Source of the DNA: the human T2T-CHM13v2.0 reference genome, Homo sapiens
Strand: one strand, 5' to 3'
DNA: 64,000 bases
NCBI RefSeq assembly: GCF_009914755.1
Contig: NC_060927.1
The notes under the pieces were generated by a model that worked only from the letters and a program-made list of their open reading frames with translations, was not told the origin of the DNA and made no database searches. Both the position numbers and the translations under genes were made by a program. Positions 46,571 through 62,010 of the stretch are shown here, one piece after another; the stretch's first letter is position 1, and each line of letters starts with the position of its first letter.

Positions 46571-48497
46571 TTCTGTTAATGGCCATTACCTGAAAGGGCT
46601 GTAGAAGAAAGTATTCACAAGAGATGGCAAATGTCAGTTGGAAGCACAAAGGTAAAAAAAAAGTTTTTAAAATATTTAAATATATAGAGTGGCTATTGTT
46701 GATTGTATGTAAGTTTTTAGTGGCATAGAAAAATATTTAAAAATGTAGAAGGAGAATGGAAAATGAGCTCAGAATAATAAATATGAGCAAAGCACAAATA
46801 CAATCATCTTTTGATGACGGGCAATCTGATGGTGACTAAAATGGACTAGGCTGTGAGGCATTATGGGATTGTTTGTAGAGAGCAGGCCTTCTAAAGTCTT
46901 GCTTCTACAAATAGGATTCAAATAGCCTCAATATCTTCAGCTGATCGAAAGGGGCTGGTGGTGTACCTTTGAGCATGGCATGATATAATTTGTATTAATT
47001 TAATATTAATGCTTATTGTAACTCCTCTTATCATTACCTATTTATAATATAAATACACCTACATCCCTACCTCTGAGCTTTATATATAAAGAAGACCACT
47101 GAGATAAATGTAGTGTTTAGTTTAGGTAAAAAAAACAGATATTAAAAGCCACAGAATAAAGAGCTGAATTAGACAAGGGTACCTTTAACTGGGTAATAAC
47201 AATAAAATTGTGTGCCACACAAAGTGTAACATATTTTAAAACATGTATGCATCATTTTGCCTAATTTACATCTTATGCAAAAATTACTTTCACATATTGT
47301 TTATGAGAAACTATTTTTAAAAGCTTATGCTGAGACTTCCTTCTTCATATTTTCATAAATTTTTTTATTATTTTGCATTAGAACCATAGCTAAAATTTTA
47401 ATCTTCATTGTAGCAGTAATAAAAGAGCATAACTGAAATTCATTTTAACTATAAATGATAATTCTCTAATAAATGTTAAATTTCAATGTCATGGTAGAAA
47501 AGTTATCATTGTTTATTACATGAAGAATTTAAATTTTACTAATGCCACAATTTTCCTGCTAATTCATTGTTTTCTTAATAGCACATAATTGTTTGAATAC
47601 AATTTGATGTCTCCTCATAAAAGAAAAGGCATTGTGAAGGAGCACATTCAATTACAACTAAAAAGTGTAGTTAAATGAAAAAGAGATTTGAAAATAACAT
47701 TAATGTACGTGAATGTAATCCATTAATCACTCCATTATGGAGTGATCAATTTGGCAAATACATTTCAGTATAAAGAAACATACATGGAGAAAGTATACAT
47801 CAAAATGATTCAGAAATTATGATCATGTAAAAGTATTCATTGTCCTGTGATTTAATAATTTTATAAACACCAATTAGAAAGCATATGGAAATAGTGAAGT
47901 CTTAAAGTCTACATAATGACACTGTCTTCCTTCCAAGAGAGCATTGCTGAATAGCTGCATGATAAATTCTGACAAGAGAATGTCCATTTCAAATGTACCA
48001 CTTTCAGTCAGCTATTTAATACTATTCCTACCTTTCTATTCTTTGTGGTCTTCCACTCATTTAGGTAATTGTTGAGCATATACCATGCATGTATGATTAC
48101 AGATTACAATAAGTTCGAAAGACAAAGTGAAGATTGAAATTAGAGACTATCATAGAAATACCTAATCCACTTTTGGCACTCGGAATCAATTTCTTTGAAT
48201 AAGTGACATTATACCAATGTCTACAGGATGTAGAACAATTGTGCAGAAAAAATATGGGAAAATAGCATGTTGTATATAGAGATAATGTGCCAAAGATGAT
48301 AATCAGTTAATTTATAGACCGGAATTCTGAAGACAGTATGCTTTTCATAAAATTAAATATATATGTGTATATATATGAACTAGATTTTTCCAGTGTGTTG
48401 TAAAAAATGCTTATCTATAGCCGAGTGATTTTGAAAAACTTTAATCCGATGATTGACAAATAATTCAAAACTACATTTGACTACTTTCAAAAAAAAA

Positions 48498-48596
48498 TTT
48501 TTTTTTTTTTTTTGAGACGGAGTGTCTCTGTCGCCCAGGCTGGAGTGCAGTGGCGCGATCTCGGATCACAGAAAGCTCCACCTCCCGGGTTCACGC
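48498..48596 (-). mobile_element. Heavily 5'-truncated AluY
   Basis: T tail plus 'gagacggag...aagctccacctcccgggttcacgc'. Decayed TSD actttcaaa / acttccaaa. Confidence 0.88.
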
Positions 48597-49477
48597 ACTT
48601 CCAAACATTTTAAGGCTTTGATATTTTCTAAATAAGACATAAACCCAACCTTGTGTATTCTACTGATGTAAAATTTTAATTATTCCTACAGAAAACTATT
48701 CAAAGCTGAACATTTAAAGTGCTTTTCCTTTCACTTCTGTGGCCTATTTTCTTTTACTGTGTATGCAAACATTAAAACATAGGCACTTTTATGTACTAAT
48801 AGTTCTATAGCTTGTTAACAAAAACTATATGCTTTGACTTAGTGCTTTTTCTATATTTCTCTTTCTTCTATAATTAGGGGTTGTTTTTTGTTTACTTGGT
48901 TAAATGGGTGCTAGCAGAGCATAGTAACTTGTTTTTTGATTTAAAGAAAATCATTAATCCAACCAATACTGACGATTCACAGTCTAATCTGATTCATTAG
49001 TGTTTCTAGCTCTTGATTTCTCAGGGGAACCAACATTCCTTTTAACACGCTTCTGCCACACTTTCCAGTTACATCAGGTGGGACGTGAATCTAATGGACT
49101 TATTTCATTTACACTTTTTCATTATTGAAAAAAAAAAATGATTTGCTAAATGGTCTCTAACGACCTGAAAGAGCTAATTCCACTTCCCAAAACGCCTAAC
49201 TTTAACTGAGGGACAATCCATGTAAGGCTAAATTGCCATTATGTCTAGCTGTAATTATTACACTGAGAAATCTTTGATCCTAAAAGTATGGAGCCCAGAA
49301 GTATCTTTCTTAGTTGAAAATTACTTCATAATGCAAACACCAGTCAGACCCACCATATTTTTTAGCTATACTCTTAAGCATGTATGATCTTCTTCATACA
49401 TGAAATTACATAAACATAAAAATAACCAATTATTTTAATTCTCCATCAATTAATATTTTCACAATGTTTTGCTCTTA

Positions 49478-49740
49478 TAAGTTAGAAAGAATGAATAATA
49501 CCTACTATTTGATAGCACAACAGAGTGACCATAGTCAATAATTGTACATTTCAAAATAACTTAAAGAGTGTAATTGGGTTGTTTGTAACTCAAAGAATCA
49601 ATGCTTGAGGGGATGGATACCCCATTTTCCACGAGGCGCTTATTTCACATTGCATACCTGTGTCAAAACATCTCAAGTACCCCGTAAATATATACACTTA
49701 CTATGTAATCAAAAAATTAAAAAATAAAAGAAATATAAAA
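49478..49740 (+). mobile_element. L1MA1/2-like 3' end
   Basis: 'gttagaaagaatgaataatacctactatttgatagcacaacag...atgcttgaggggatggatacccc' plus an A-rich tail. Confidence 0.85.
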
Positions 49741-50227
49741 AGTTTAATGTAATGAACATATAAAAAATGCTTAGTCCAAAGAATAACACCTTTCATTTAG
49801 GTAAAATGGAGCAATACAAATAGTAAATTAGCAAGTTTACAATTTAGGTGCCAAATTCTATTTTTGCCTATAAAATTATATTTCCTAATAAAATATTTAG
49901 ATAATACTTCATTTTTTTGTTTTGTGTTTCCCTATATAAATTATATTAGGGTGTTTTATCCTAAAACATAAGTTCTGAAGCTTCTGAGATGATTTGGTAA
50001 GCCATTTTAACACTCTTGGATGCTAAGGATGTATTCTCATTTTGTTTAACATAAGGAGGTAAGGGCAGTTCTGACAACATTATGTAGTGAAAACACATGT
50101 GAAAGAGTTAGATGCTCTTATTTTAGTACAAACAACCTCTTTAATTCCTCAATTTTGACCCTAGACATACTCATATTAGCAGGTTGTACATCATGGAACA
50201 TACTTTTCTAGCAGTCAATAAAATGAA

Positions 50228-51140
50228 TGTGGTGGTTAAACTTATATGTCAACTTGACTGGGTTCAAGGGTACCCAGAAAACTGATGAAACATTATTACC
50301 CTGATAAAAATAGGAGTGCAGATATCTATTCATGATAGCAAATATATGGAAACAAACTATATGATTTGATATATATATAATATATTTTACATATATAGTT
50401 ATATATACATTTGTTACATATGTAATATAGATGCATGTAATATATGTACATACACAATTGAATACTATACAGTCATTTTTAAGAAATTAAATCATGTCTT
50501 TTGCAGCAACATGGATGGAATTAGAGGCCATTATCTTAAATGAAACAGCACAGAAACAGCAAGTCAAATACCACATATTCTTACTTATAAGTGGGGGCTA
50601 AAGAATGTGTAAACATGAACGTAGTGTGGAGTAATAGTCATTGATGACTTGGAAGGGTGGGAGGGATGAGAAATGACTTAATGGGTACAATGTACATTAT
50701 TCAGGTAATGGTTACACTGGAAGCCCAGACTTACCACTATGTAACAAAATCACATTTGCAGCCCTTCAATTTACACAACAACAACAGAACATTATTTCTT
50801 TTATGTCTGTGAGGATATTTCCAGAAGACATTAGTATTTTAATCAGTAGACTGAGTAAAGAAGTTTTTTCTTCCACCACCACTACCAGTGTGAGCAGACA
50901 TTATTCAATGTGTAGAAAGCTGAATAGAACAAAAAAGCAGAGGGAAGACTGGATTTTTTTCTCTCTTCTTGGCTAGGAGACTTCCCTTTTCTCCTCCCTT
51001 TGGACATCGAAGCTCCTGTTTCTTGGGCCTTTGGATTCAGAACTTACCTCTTCACTTCTCCTGGTTCTTAGTCCTTCTGCCTAGGACTGAGTTGCCTACA
51101 CCATTATTGGGTCCCGTGGTTCTTTTGGACTCAGAGTCAG
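50228..51140 (+). mobile_element. MLT2 (ERV-L) LTR interrupted by L1
   Basis: 'tgtggtggttaaacttatatgtcaacttgactggg' resumes as 'tgtctgtgaggatatttccagaagacattag'. Confidence 0.85.
50298..50787 (+). mobile_element. L1PB/L1MA 3' fragment with a 5' inversion of about 30 bp
   Basis: TSD aacattatt at 50289-97 and 50788-96; 'ttttgcagcaacatggatggaattagaggcc'; (CAA)n tail. Confidence 0.8.
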
Positions 51141-51149
51141 TTAAGTAAG

Positions 51150-52345
<1,196 letters not shown>

Positions 52346-52350
52346 CAATC

Positions 52351-52718
52351 TTATATGGTCTTAATCTTTGTGTCTGCCTAAAATTCATAAATTGAAATTC
52401 TAACCCCTAATTTGATGGTATTAAGAGGTAGGGCCTATTGAGAGGTAATTAGGACATAAGGGTAGAGCCTTCATGAATTGGATTAGTACTTCTATAAAAT
52501 AGGCCCAAGGTAGCTCACCTATCCCTTCCACCATGGGAGGACACAGTGAGAAGGCGTCATTCAATGAATCGGAATGTGAACCTTTCCCAGACACAAAATC
52601 TGTCAGCACTTGATCTGAAGACCACCCAGCCTTTAGAATTTTGAGAAATCAATGTCTGTAGTTTGTGAGCTACCCAACTGATGGTATTTGGTGATAGCAG
52701 CCAAAATGGATTAAGATA
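52351..52718 (+). mobile_element. MLT1A-like solo LTR
   Basis: 5-bp TSD caatc at 52346-50 and 52719-23; ends 'gatagcagccaaaatggattaagata'. Confidence 0.88.
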
Positions 52719-52740
52719 CAATCAAAAGTTCTTTCGGTAG

Positions 52741-53084
52741 TGTGATAGTTTTATGTGCAAATGTGGCCAGACTAGTATCTTCTTATTAAATGAAACACTA
52801 ATCTAATTGTTGCTGTGAAGGTATTTTGTAGATATCATTAAAACCCCATTAGCTGACTCTTAATAAAGGAGATTATTCTCAATCATGTGGATGAACCTCA
52901 ACAAATCAGTTAAAAGACTCACTTGGAGGCAAACACTGAGGTTTTCTTGAGGAAGAAGAAATTCTGCCTGAATACTGCAGCATTAACCGTTTCTCAAAAC
53001 TTGCATCGCTACTGGTCTATCCTCAAAACTTTGGGCTTACTAGCCCTAACTTTTTCTCTCACTTACTCTCTCTCTCTTTCTGTG

Positions 53085-53090
<6 letters not shown>
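52741..53090 (+). mobile_element. MLT2D-like LTR
   Basis: 'aacactaatctaattgttgctgtgaaggtattttgtagat', 'gaggaagaagaaattctgcct'. Confidence 0.75.
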
Positions 53091-53125
<35 letters not shown>

Positions 53126-53139
53126 AGATTGTATATATA

Positions 53140-54363
53140 CAGTCATGTGGTATATAAGGGACATTTGCTTGAGTAATGAATGACATATATGCTAGTGGTA
53201 CCAGGGGATTGTAATGGAGCGGGAGAGTTCCTGTCACCTTCTGATATCATAGCTGTCATAAATTTGTAGTGCAACACATTACTCATGTTTGTGATGAGGC
53301 TGGTGTAAACAAACCTAATGTGCTGCCAGTCACGTAAAAGTCTAGCACATATAATTATGTACAGTACATAATCATTGATAATGGTAATAAACTATTATCT
53401 AACTGGTTTATGTATTTATTATACTATACTTTTTATAGTTAGTTTAGAGCGTACTCCTTCTACTTATAGAAGCAAAGTTACCTGTCAATGAGCTTTGGGC
53501 AGGTCCTTTAGGAGGTATTCCTGAAGAAGGTATTGTTATTGTAGGAGGCGACATCTCCATGGGTCTTATTGCTCCTGAAAACCTTCCAGTGGGACAAGAT
53601 GTGGAGGTAAAGGACAGTGATATTGATGATCCTAATTTCCTGTTGGCCTAGGTTACTGTGTGGGTTCACGTTTTGGTTTTCAACAACAAAATATCTTTAA
53701 AAAACTGTAATGACTTAGAAAGTAGAAAAAAGCTTGTGGAATAAAGATATAGTGGAAGCTAATATCTTTGCATAGCTGTACGTTGTGTTTGTGTTTGATA
53801 TTGTGTTATTACAGAGTCAAAAAGTTAAAAAATAGACATTTCTAAAATAAAAAAGTGACAGCTAAGATGAATTTATCATGTAAAAAATAAATTTAAAAAA
53901 TAAATCTAGTGTAACCTAAGTGTGCAGTGTTGATATGGTCTGCAGTGGTGTACACTAATGACCTAGGCCTTCACATTCACTCACCACTCACTTACTGACT
54001 CACCCAGAGCAACTTTCAGTCCTGAAAGCTCCATTCGTGGTGAGTGCTGTATATAGGTGTATCATTTTTTTTTTTAGTCTATTGCAACTTACTTTCACTG
54101 TATCTTTTCTATGCTTAGGTTTAGATACACATGTTTAAATACACAAATTCTTGCCATTGTGTTACAATTGCCTACAGCATTCAGTGCAATAACATGCTGT
54201 ACAGATTTGTAGCCTGTGAGCAATAGGCTATACCGTATAACCTAGATGTATAGCATGCTATACTATTTGGAGTTGTGTAAATACACTATGAATTTTACAC
54301 AATGACTACATGACCTAAGAACTCATTGTTCAGAATCTACTTCTGTTAAGTAACACATGACTC
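53140..54363. mobile_element. Tigger3b/MER7B-like non-autonomous DNA transposon, near full length (1224 bp)
   Basis: ta|cagtcatg...catgactc|ta terminal inverted repeats with a TA TSD; internal 'ttcacattcactcaccactcacttactgactcacccagagcaact'. Confidence 0.88.
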
Positions 54364-55399
54364 TATGTGTGTATACAGACACAGACACACACACACACAC
54401 ACATACACACACACACACACACAGAGAAAGGATCAGTGATGAGATATAGGTACTTTGAGTGGAAGCCAGACTGGAGTGAGAGAAAGAGAGAATATGTAGA
54501 ATATTCCTTTGGAATTTGATTCTGAAGGGCAAGAAAAGCTGCATAATAGCTGGATAGAAAATGGAATTAAATGCTAAATGAAAGGCTGCAATAGAAAGTG
54601 AAAGGTTGGATATGCACATTACAGAAAAAAATTGATAATATATTTGATGCAAGAAGGTTGCATGGATGGTAGTCATTGTTCTTAAATGACGATTGTGAAA
54701 ACTTAGATGTAGGTATTTTGATGTCTAGTTATAATAACTAGAATCTGTGTGTATCCAGTCTGATGGTGGTTTGAGTTTCTTTTGTGAAGTAGCCTGTGAA
54801 AATATCCATTTAAAGTGAGGACATGTAATGTTGGAAAGAGGGAATTACAGGTCTGAGAATAAGAGAAAATTTAGAATATAAATTTAGGTTGAATTTCAAG
54901 CATAAACATGGCTATGTATGTCAGTATTTTCCCTCTTTTAATGAAAATTCTTTAAAACAAAGACAACAATAATCATAACAAGAAAAAGAACTTCCAAAGT
55001 CAGTTTTTCATGAAATAGGAAACAGATTAATCTTGAGATTCCAAGTTATGTGAAAAATCCCACCAAAATATTTATTATTTGGCAAAAGCTATATAAGAGA
55101 ACACAGAGAGGCGTAAATAATAACAGCAGGGACTGGAGGGGTGGCATTATTACAGAAAATAACAGAAAAAATAAATTTTCTAAATGTACATTTCTTTCTT
55201 CAAAAAGAAATATGAGAACTGGGGTGAGTGGAAATGGCAGAGGAAGCTCTTCTGAAAGTGATTTTGCTCAGGACACGGATTTGTGCAATGAGACACAAAA
55301 ATCTGTCAGTCACTGTGGCACCAGAGGTAGAGTGAGTCTTTGATACATAAAAATTTCCCTGCCCAATAGATTACTAGAACACTTCCTATATAAAGGAAA

Positions 55400-56400
55400 T
55401 GAATAAAAATAGCTTGACAGGGGATATTTAACATACATAATGTTAAAATAATATAATAAAGAAAAGTAAATAAAATTAAAAGAAACATAAGTAAAACTAA
55501 AAGAAGATAAAGAACATACAAATGAACCAACAGATAAGGTGACCAGAAAAAATACTGCTGGAAAGAAAATACAAATTTTGTTCATTATTTTCTCATGAAT
55601 TAACACAAATAGTAAACAAATCACTTTGATCAAAAAGGCAACAACATAGAAATTTAAAGAATCAAGGACAGGAGGATATGAAAGATGGGGGTGACAAAAT
55701 GGGTATAGAGATGGAATTGAGAAAAAACAGGCAAAATTAACCATAACATCAAAGCAGTGAAGACAAACTTGGAAGGAGCACAAGGATAAAGGTTCTGTAG
55801 AAAACACAGTAGTGCACATAGTGAGTAGAAAACAGAAAAAGAAGCTCAAGGAAATGGAAGTTTTAAAAAGCATTAGTTAAAAAAGAGAATAAACGATAGA
55901 TTTAGAAGGTAGAAAACATATATAGCGTAGGTATAATTGGAGACTATAAAGAGATGAGACAAAACAGTGGAGTAGAACAGAATTTAAAAATGTTTCATAG
56001 TAACAAATAAGTACAATTAGAAATAAATCTACAAATTAAAGGGGAAGACCATGTGGTTGAAAAAAGAAATCATGTTTCTTTGAGGGAGGGAAATTAGTTC
56101 AACTGGGGCTTTTTTTTTCCCCCACAATATTTAAGGTTAGAAGAAGGTGAAACAACATGGAAGAGATATCCTCAGTGAAAGAAAATAATATCATCAAGAA
56201 CTTTATATTTCTCCAAACCTTCATCTAATATTTTCAAAGAAAAAATTTTACAAAGCATTTAGGAATTTATCCATATGGCATGCATTTACCAAATGAGATA
56301 TTGTCAAGTTTACTTAGTTCATTGTTTTGTAATCCGTTAAGATTGGAAACAACCTAAATACATAAACTCTGTATATCCAAATAATGATAAAAGCATAGGA
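55400..56400 (+). mobile_element. Ancient L1 ORF1-like sequence (HAL1/L1ME)
   Basis: A-rich coiled-coil-type sequence; 'gtataattggag', 'aaatctacaaattaaagggga'. Confidence 0.5.
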
Positions 56401-56480
56401 GGAATATTTTATGTGCTGTTAAAGATCTCCAAAATACATTATTAAATTATAAAGGACAAAAGGGTATAGATAATGTTATA

Positions 56481-56820
56481 TAGTTGTTCCTTGATATTTT
56501 TGAGAGTTTGGTTCCAGGATCTTCATGACACCAAAATTTACAGATGCTCAAGTCCCTTATAAAAAATGACTTCATATTTGCATATAACTAGGCAAATCCT
56601 CCTATATATTTTACATTATCTCTAGATTACTTATAATACCTAATACAATGTAAATGATATTTAAATTGTTGTTTATACTGTATTGTTTAGGGGATAATGA
56701 CAAGGTTAAAAAAAGCGTGCATATGTGCAGTACAGATGCAATCAGCCATTTTTATTTTCCAAATATTTTCAATTCACAGTTGTTTGAATCCAGGAATGCA
56801 GAACCAAAGGATACGGTGGT
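56481..56820. mobile_element. MER2 (Tigger2-derived MITE)
   Basis: 'ttggttccagga', 'gatgctcaagtcccttataaaaaatg', 'tctctagattacttataatacctaatacaatgtaaatg'. Confidence 0.88.
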
Positions 56821-59356
56821 AGGAGTAAAAATAAAATGCTAGAAAAGTAAAGTATCAGTTTTTGCATTTACATATATTAAAATGTTATAGAAAGCATATA
56901 AACACCACTAACAGTAGTTATGTTGAGGGCAAGGTATGGGAAATGGAATATGGACAAGATATTAAGAGAAAGATTTTTACCTTGTCCCTTTTTTGGTTTC
57001 TGAATCACTGGAAAACATTATATTCAAAAAGGAAATGAAGAAATTTAATTTAAAAAAGGAAGCATTAATAGAGTAGGTGAACTAACTGAACAAATACTCC
57101 TAAGCTCAACCTAGATTTTTTGCTAAGAAGCTTTTGAGAAGTTAACTTAGAAAAATGTCATATTCCCAGCATAATTTTCCCTAACATTGGTTATATCATA
57201 AGAAATAAAGAATCCAAATCAATCTGTGATCCTGCCCAGCTATGTGGCTGTAACATATGGCAAAGTAATGTCACTAGCTCTGTTTCAACTAAAATCAAAA
57301 CATGTGACAATCCTAGTGAATTATTTAAACCACAAAAACAAAATATACACTTACCACTATCATTAGTTGAAGTAATTGTTGTGTATGTGTCTGAGTTGTT
57401 ACATCTTTGTCATCCTTGGAATATTGGGGTTTCTTAGATGATCTATGTCATATAAAAACTACTGAATATATTTTAGGACAGGGTAATTGGAGATATACAC
57501 AACTTGCACAAAGCTCCTTATTGAGAGAAGGAGTGCTGTTAGCCACACATAAAAACGGTTGTAGAATACATTCATGAGACCTTAAAAGAAAAAAAAAAAT
57601 CAATATTGAACTGTCATTCTCCATTGCATATGCAGTGGCTCTCCCTCTCAAAATAACACATATTTTAATGAGCAACCTGGTAACATTCTGTGTTACCTGT
57701 ATGTACTCTTGTATTACTTAGATGAGAGGACAGAAATACTAAATTGCCACTTCAGCAAATTTTATAAGCAGATACAATTATGTTTTATTTTATATTATTG
57801 CCCAGGATTTATAAATAAAATATTACCCCTGGACGGCTTTAAATGTGAAATTTCTAGTGATTCTGTTACTATCCAGCCACTGTAGGTGGAAGTACATTGT
57901 TTAACTCTTGAGTAATATAATGCCACACTCATTCTGGACTTTTGTTGTTACTTCCAAATAGGAAATTAAAGTGTAGAAAAATCTAATGGAAAATCAAATT
58001 AACCTTACTAAAATGCAAACGTGATGACTAGATACCTTAAAATGAGAACAATCTTGCCTGTTTAATACAATTTTAATTCATTTTAATCAGTTACAGCATT
58101 TGCTCATAAATAGGCTATTTCAAAATCCATTTTGCATTTTATTTTAAAAATTGTTTTTTTGAGTACTTTTGCCATCCGTCTGCAGTGCAATTAATTACCT
58201 AATACTTAAAAATGTTATTTTGAAAGACACTTGTAAAGTCAAATCATGAGTTTTGTTTCTTCTGGTTTTTATCTTAACTCATCTTTTAATTAACATCTAT
58301 AGTGATTCTACATTCTCCATCCAAATATATGATAATTAACCGGGATAAGATTAAGTGCAGCGCAAGTTACTGTCAGATAAAACTGCAAATTGCAATACAT
58401 ATTATAAACCAAGGTAAATCATGCTTTCCAAATTAATGTATCTTAAGTTTACCCTGGTGAAAATATAAAACCAAAGCAGCCATTTAGGCCGAAGAAAACT
58501 ACAAAGCATTTTATTGAATATTAGATGTTAAATGAAGACTGAAAGAATAGATTAATACATTTGTAGTTTGTTATAACTGCTCAGTGCTTCTGCTTTTAAA
58601 TTAATTCTCTATCCTGTTTAAAAATCTGTTCATATGATATATGTTTTCTAGTATATTCAATATCTAATTACAGTGTTAATCAAAGTATATTTTATAAGAT
58701 ATGTTTCTTTTCTAGAAATAGTAATTGTAGAAGTTATAGCAAGTGGTGCCTATCCTATTAGAATTGATGAGTTTTAATATTCTCTGAACAAAGGACAAAT
58801 ATATATTAGAACACAGCCACAGGTATGTAGATCATTAAAATAAGTAACACACACAAGCAATTAAAATGTGAAAATTTTAACAGTCACATCAGATTTTTTC
58901 CTCTTATTGTACTTTCTGAGAATTTCTTCAACAGGTCCACCAGAGAGATATCAAGGGCATAAATATAATGTCTCCTTGGGAAGGAAGTAGTTTTTAACAA
59001 CATAATTTATAAATTAAATTAATATTTTCTTTTCTCCTTTAAAATTCCCTTAAGTTTTGGCCACTATTGGAAGAGCAAACAAGCAAAACTCACCAAAATA
59101 ATCAATGACAAATATCCAGTAATGCTGCTTTTTAATATAAAATTACCAAAAACAACAACAACAAAAGGTTATGACTCCAAAATCTCTCCTATGAAATGAG
59201 AGTGGGAGCATGTCAAACAGCTGGCATCCACTGCCTTTAGTTTCTCTGTATAATTTTGAAAGTCTATGTTCCTGTTTAGCTTATAGAGAGAAATAAAGCC
59301 TAACTCTAGGGTAGTGAAATTGTGGGCACAAAAACATCTAACACAATCTTTTAGAA

Positions 59357-60079
59357 CAGTTGTTTTCAACGACATAATTTTGTCCCCCACAAGAAACATT
59401 CGGCAATGTCTGGAAATTGTGTTATTGTCACCACTTCCAGTCGGGTGGCTTGACAAAGACTCCCTTCTTCAGCAAACATTAGTCAGGCTCCCCTGAGCTT
59501 TCTTTTCAACTAGAACTTGACCTTGGTGTTCTATGTGCTTGGCCTGTTAACTCAATGTGGTAAAAGGATCCTACTGAGTCAGCTTAGTGAATCACCTCCC
59601 TGCCCCCACCTTGACGTCTGAACAAATTCCTCATCCCCTACCATTCATATCTAAGTCTTGGCCTGCCTTTAACAAGATTCCCGTTAAGTTTCTTTGATAA
59701 AAATTCCACTATCTTTGATATCTAATCAATTGATTGATTATTAGTATGTTTCTGTCTACTAATCTCCTCACTCTGGTCGTTAGCTATAAATCTCCAGCTA
59801 TCTTCAGAGTAATCAGAGTTTTGTTCAATCTCTCTTCTCTATTGTAATAGTCTTAGCCTCTATTGCAGTATCCTTAAGTCACATCTTTATTGCTGTTTTT
59901 AACAAGCACCGAGTGCATTTCTAAAAATACAATGTTTAAGAATAATTTCCCTTTAGCATGATATTACTGGCATCCAGTACGTAGAGGCCAGGAAAGATCT
60001 ACAGTGCACACAACAGCCTCACTCGAAAAAGAATTATCCAGTCCAAAATATTGACAGTGCTGTGTTTGACAAACCCTAG
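59357..60079. mobile_element. MER20 hAT MITE split by an LTR
   Basis: Left half 'cagttgttttcaac...ggcaatgtctgga'; right half 'actggcatccagtacgtagaggccagg...gacaaaccct'. Confidence 0.8.
59451..59958 (+). mobile_element. MER31-like ERV1 solo LTR
   Basis: tg...ca ends, starting 'tgacaaagactcccttcttcagcaaacattagtcaggctcc'; TATA 'ctataaat'. Confidence 0.78.
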
Positions 60080-61129
60080 CTTAGAGAGTTGTCACAATGG
60101 CTAACCTACATATGGCCCACAGTGGCCATCTACCCCTATCTGCAGTAAAATCAATGGACCAATTTGAATGTAGACTGCACTTTCTTTGTTAAGGCCCTCT
60201 GGACTGATAAACCATAAACAGGGCTAGAATTTAGGAAATTTGTGGGGAGGAAAGCTGCTGGACGCACCCACCCTAATATAGTGGTGGTGCTTTGGAAATA
60301 GATGAATATACACCTGGACATTAGCCAAGGGATGTTTTAAATCTGACTGGATCATATGCTGGCTGGCATAATGCAAACTAACAGGAATATCCCTGAAGCT
60401 CAGGCAAACAGGCTCTGCATGATCAGACTTAAAAGTGTGATGCCATTTGGCACCAGAAGCAATAAAAATGGACTGCTCTTACTGAGTTTCCTCCTAAGCC
60501 AACCGTGAGCATAACCATCTTAGTACTGAAGAAGCCTCCAGGATGTTAAAGTAATTCAAGCAAAAACTAAAAGAGAGACCAAGCTGCTGACAACCCTGCT
60601 CATAAGACAAGTGCAAGTGCAAGTAAATGACTGAAAAAAAAAAATTGAAAGAACAAAAATGAGCAACTAAATATAATTTTGCATTATATGTCGATCGTTA
60701 AATTGCTTGATATTGTCACTTGGTATTACTGACATTAATGCTACAACAGCACAGACAGAAAGGTTAATAGGCACAGAAAGCTTACTAGAAGAGGATAGAA
60801 TAGATGGACATGAATACTTTATGTAAAATCTAATTTAGCTCAATCTGGAAAAATAAAAGTTCTTAAAAATAAAGGGCAGCTATTGCTGCTGTCTGTTACC
60901 TGTTTCTCTATGATAGATGGTCAAATGCTACTTAGTGAGAAGAGAGGACATGCCAAGTTGCAAAGACTGAATAGAGGACCTGAAATAGAGACAGAGACAG
61001 AACATACATCTTGCTCAACAAAATGCTTTTCTAGATTCGGTTTAAGTTTCTATTGGTTATTATCGGAAATATCAGGCCCCATGTTCAGACTTTGAGCGGT
61101 TACAGAAATCACTGAATGCCATTTCAATA

Positions 61130-61500
61130 TCTCCATGCTTCAATCAAATGGGACTATTATTAGTCTCCAGGTAGTGGTGTCCTTGATCCCCTTCTCCTTT
61201 AACATAGCATTTTCCCTTCCGGAAAAGCTTTTCCCTAACCCTTGCCTTAGCCACTTTCTCTGGGGAAAGTCATCAAGTCCCTCACCCCTGTGGTCACCAT
61301 CTCCTGCAAGTCTACCTTGACTATTCCAGGCTTCCAAATGAGTAAAGCGTCCTTTTTCTAACTCTCTGTACTCATTGTACTTATCACTTTGCTTTGTAAT
61401 TGTTTGTTTACTTATCTGTGAGGACTTTTCTCTTTCACTAATCTCATAGTTTCTGGTACAGTGCTTTACACCCAGGGGAAGTCAATAAACATCCCTGGCT
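61130..61500 (+). mobile_element. L2 3' fragment
   Basis: 'tgtaattgtttgtttacttatctg...ctggtacagtgctttacac...tcaataaac'. Confidence 0.6.
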
Positions 61501-61744
61501 GATTCGCTCTGCTTAAGAGCTTTAGGTAAAATAATTACCTTTTGGTAATTAGAAGCACACCCACACAAAGCAAATGCTAAAAGACGGGAAAATAATAGTC
61601 AAGGCAAAGAAGGCTAAAGGAAACTTTTCTCTAACTTTTATTGTCTTTAGAAAAGAACTTTAATTTCCTTTTTCTTTTCTATTATGAAACATAGAATAAA
61701 TAAATCATCACATATAATTTATTTAATATAGAATATTGATTTAG

Positions 61745-62010
61745 CATTTCAGCATAAAACACTGCAACATGCAAGAACTCTGGAACCAGATTACCTGGGT
61801 TTAAATCTTGACTGTGCCACTTGCTCACAAGTTATTTTACTTTCTTTGTCTGAATTTCTTCTTCTAAAAAATAACGACAAAGCAACAAAAGAGGAATAAT
61901 AAGGATAGTATCTCCCTCTAAAGTCCGTGTTGAACATTCAGTTAATGGATAGATAGAAAGCACTTGCAGGAATGTCTGGCAAGCAAAAGTGTTCAGTAGA
62001 TATTATATTA
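61745..62010 (+). mobile_element. MIR
   Basis: 'actctggaaccagattacctgggtttaaatcttgactgtgccactt...aagcacttgcaggaatgtctggca'. Confidence 0.75.

Noticed and set aside
55310-55873. 187-aa hydrophobic ORF that looks like a membrane protein
   Set aside because: It is the antisense of A-rich ancient L1-like sequence. The F/L/V richness is compositional.
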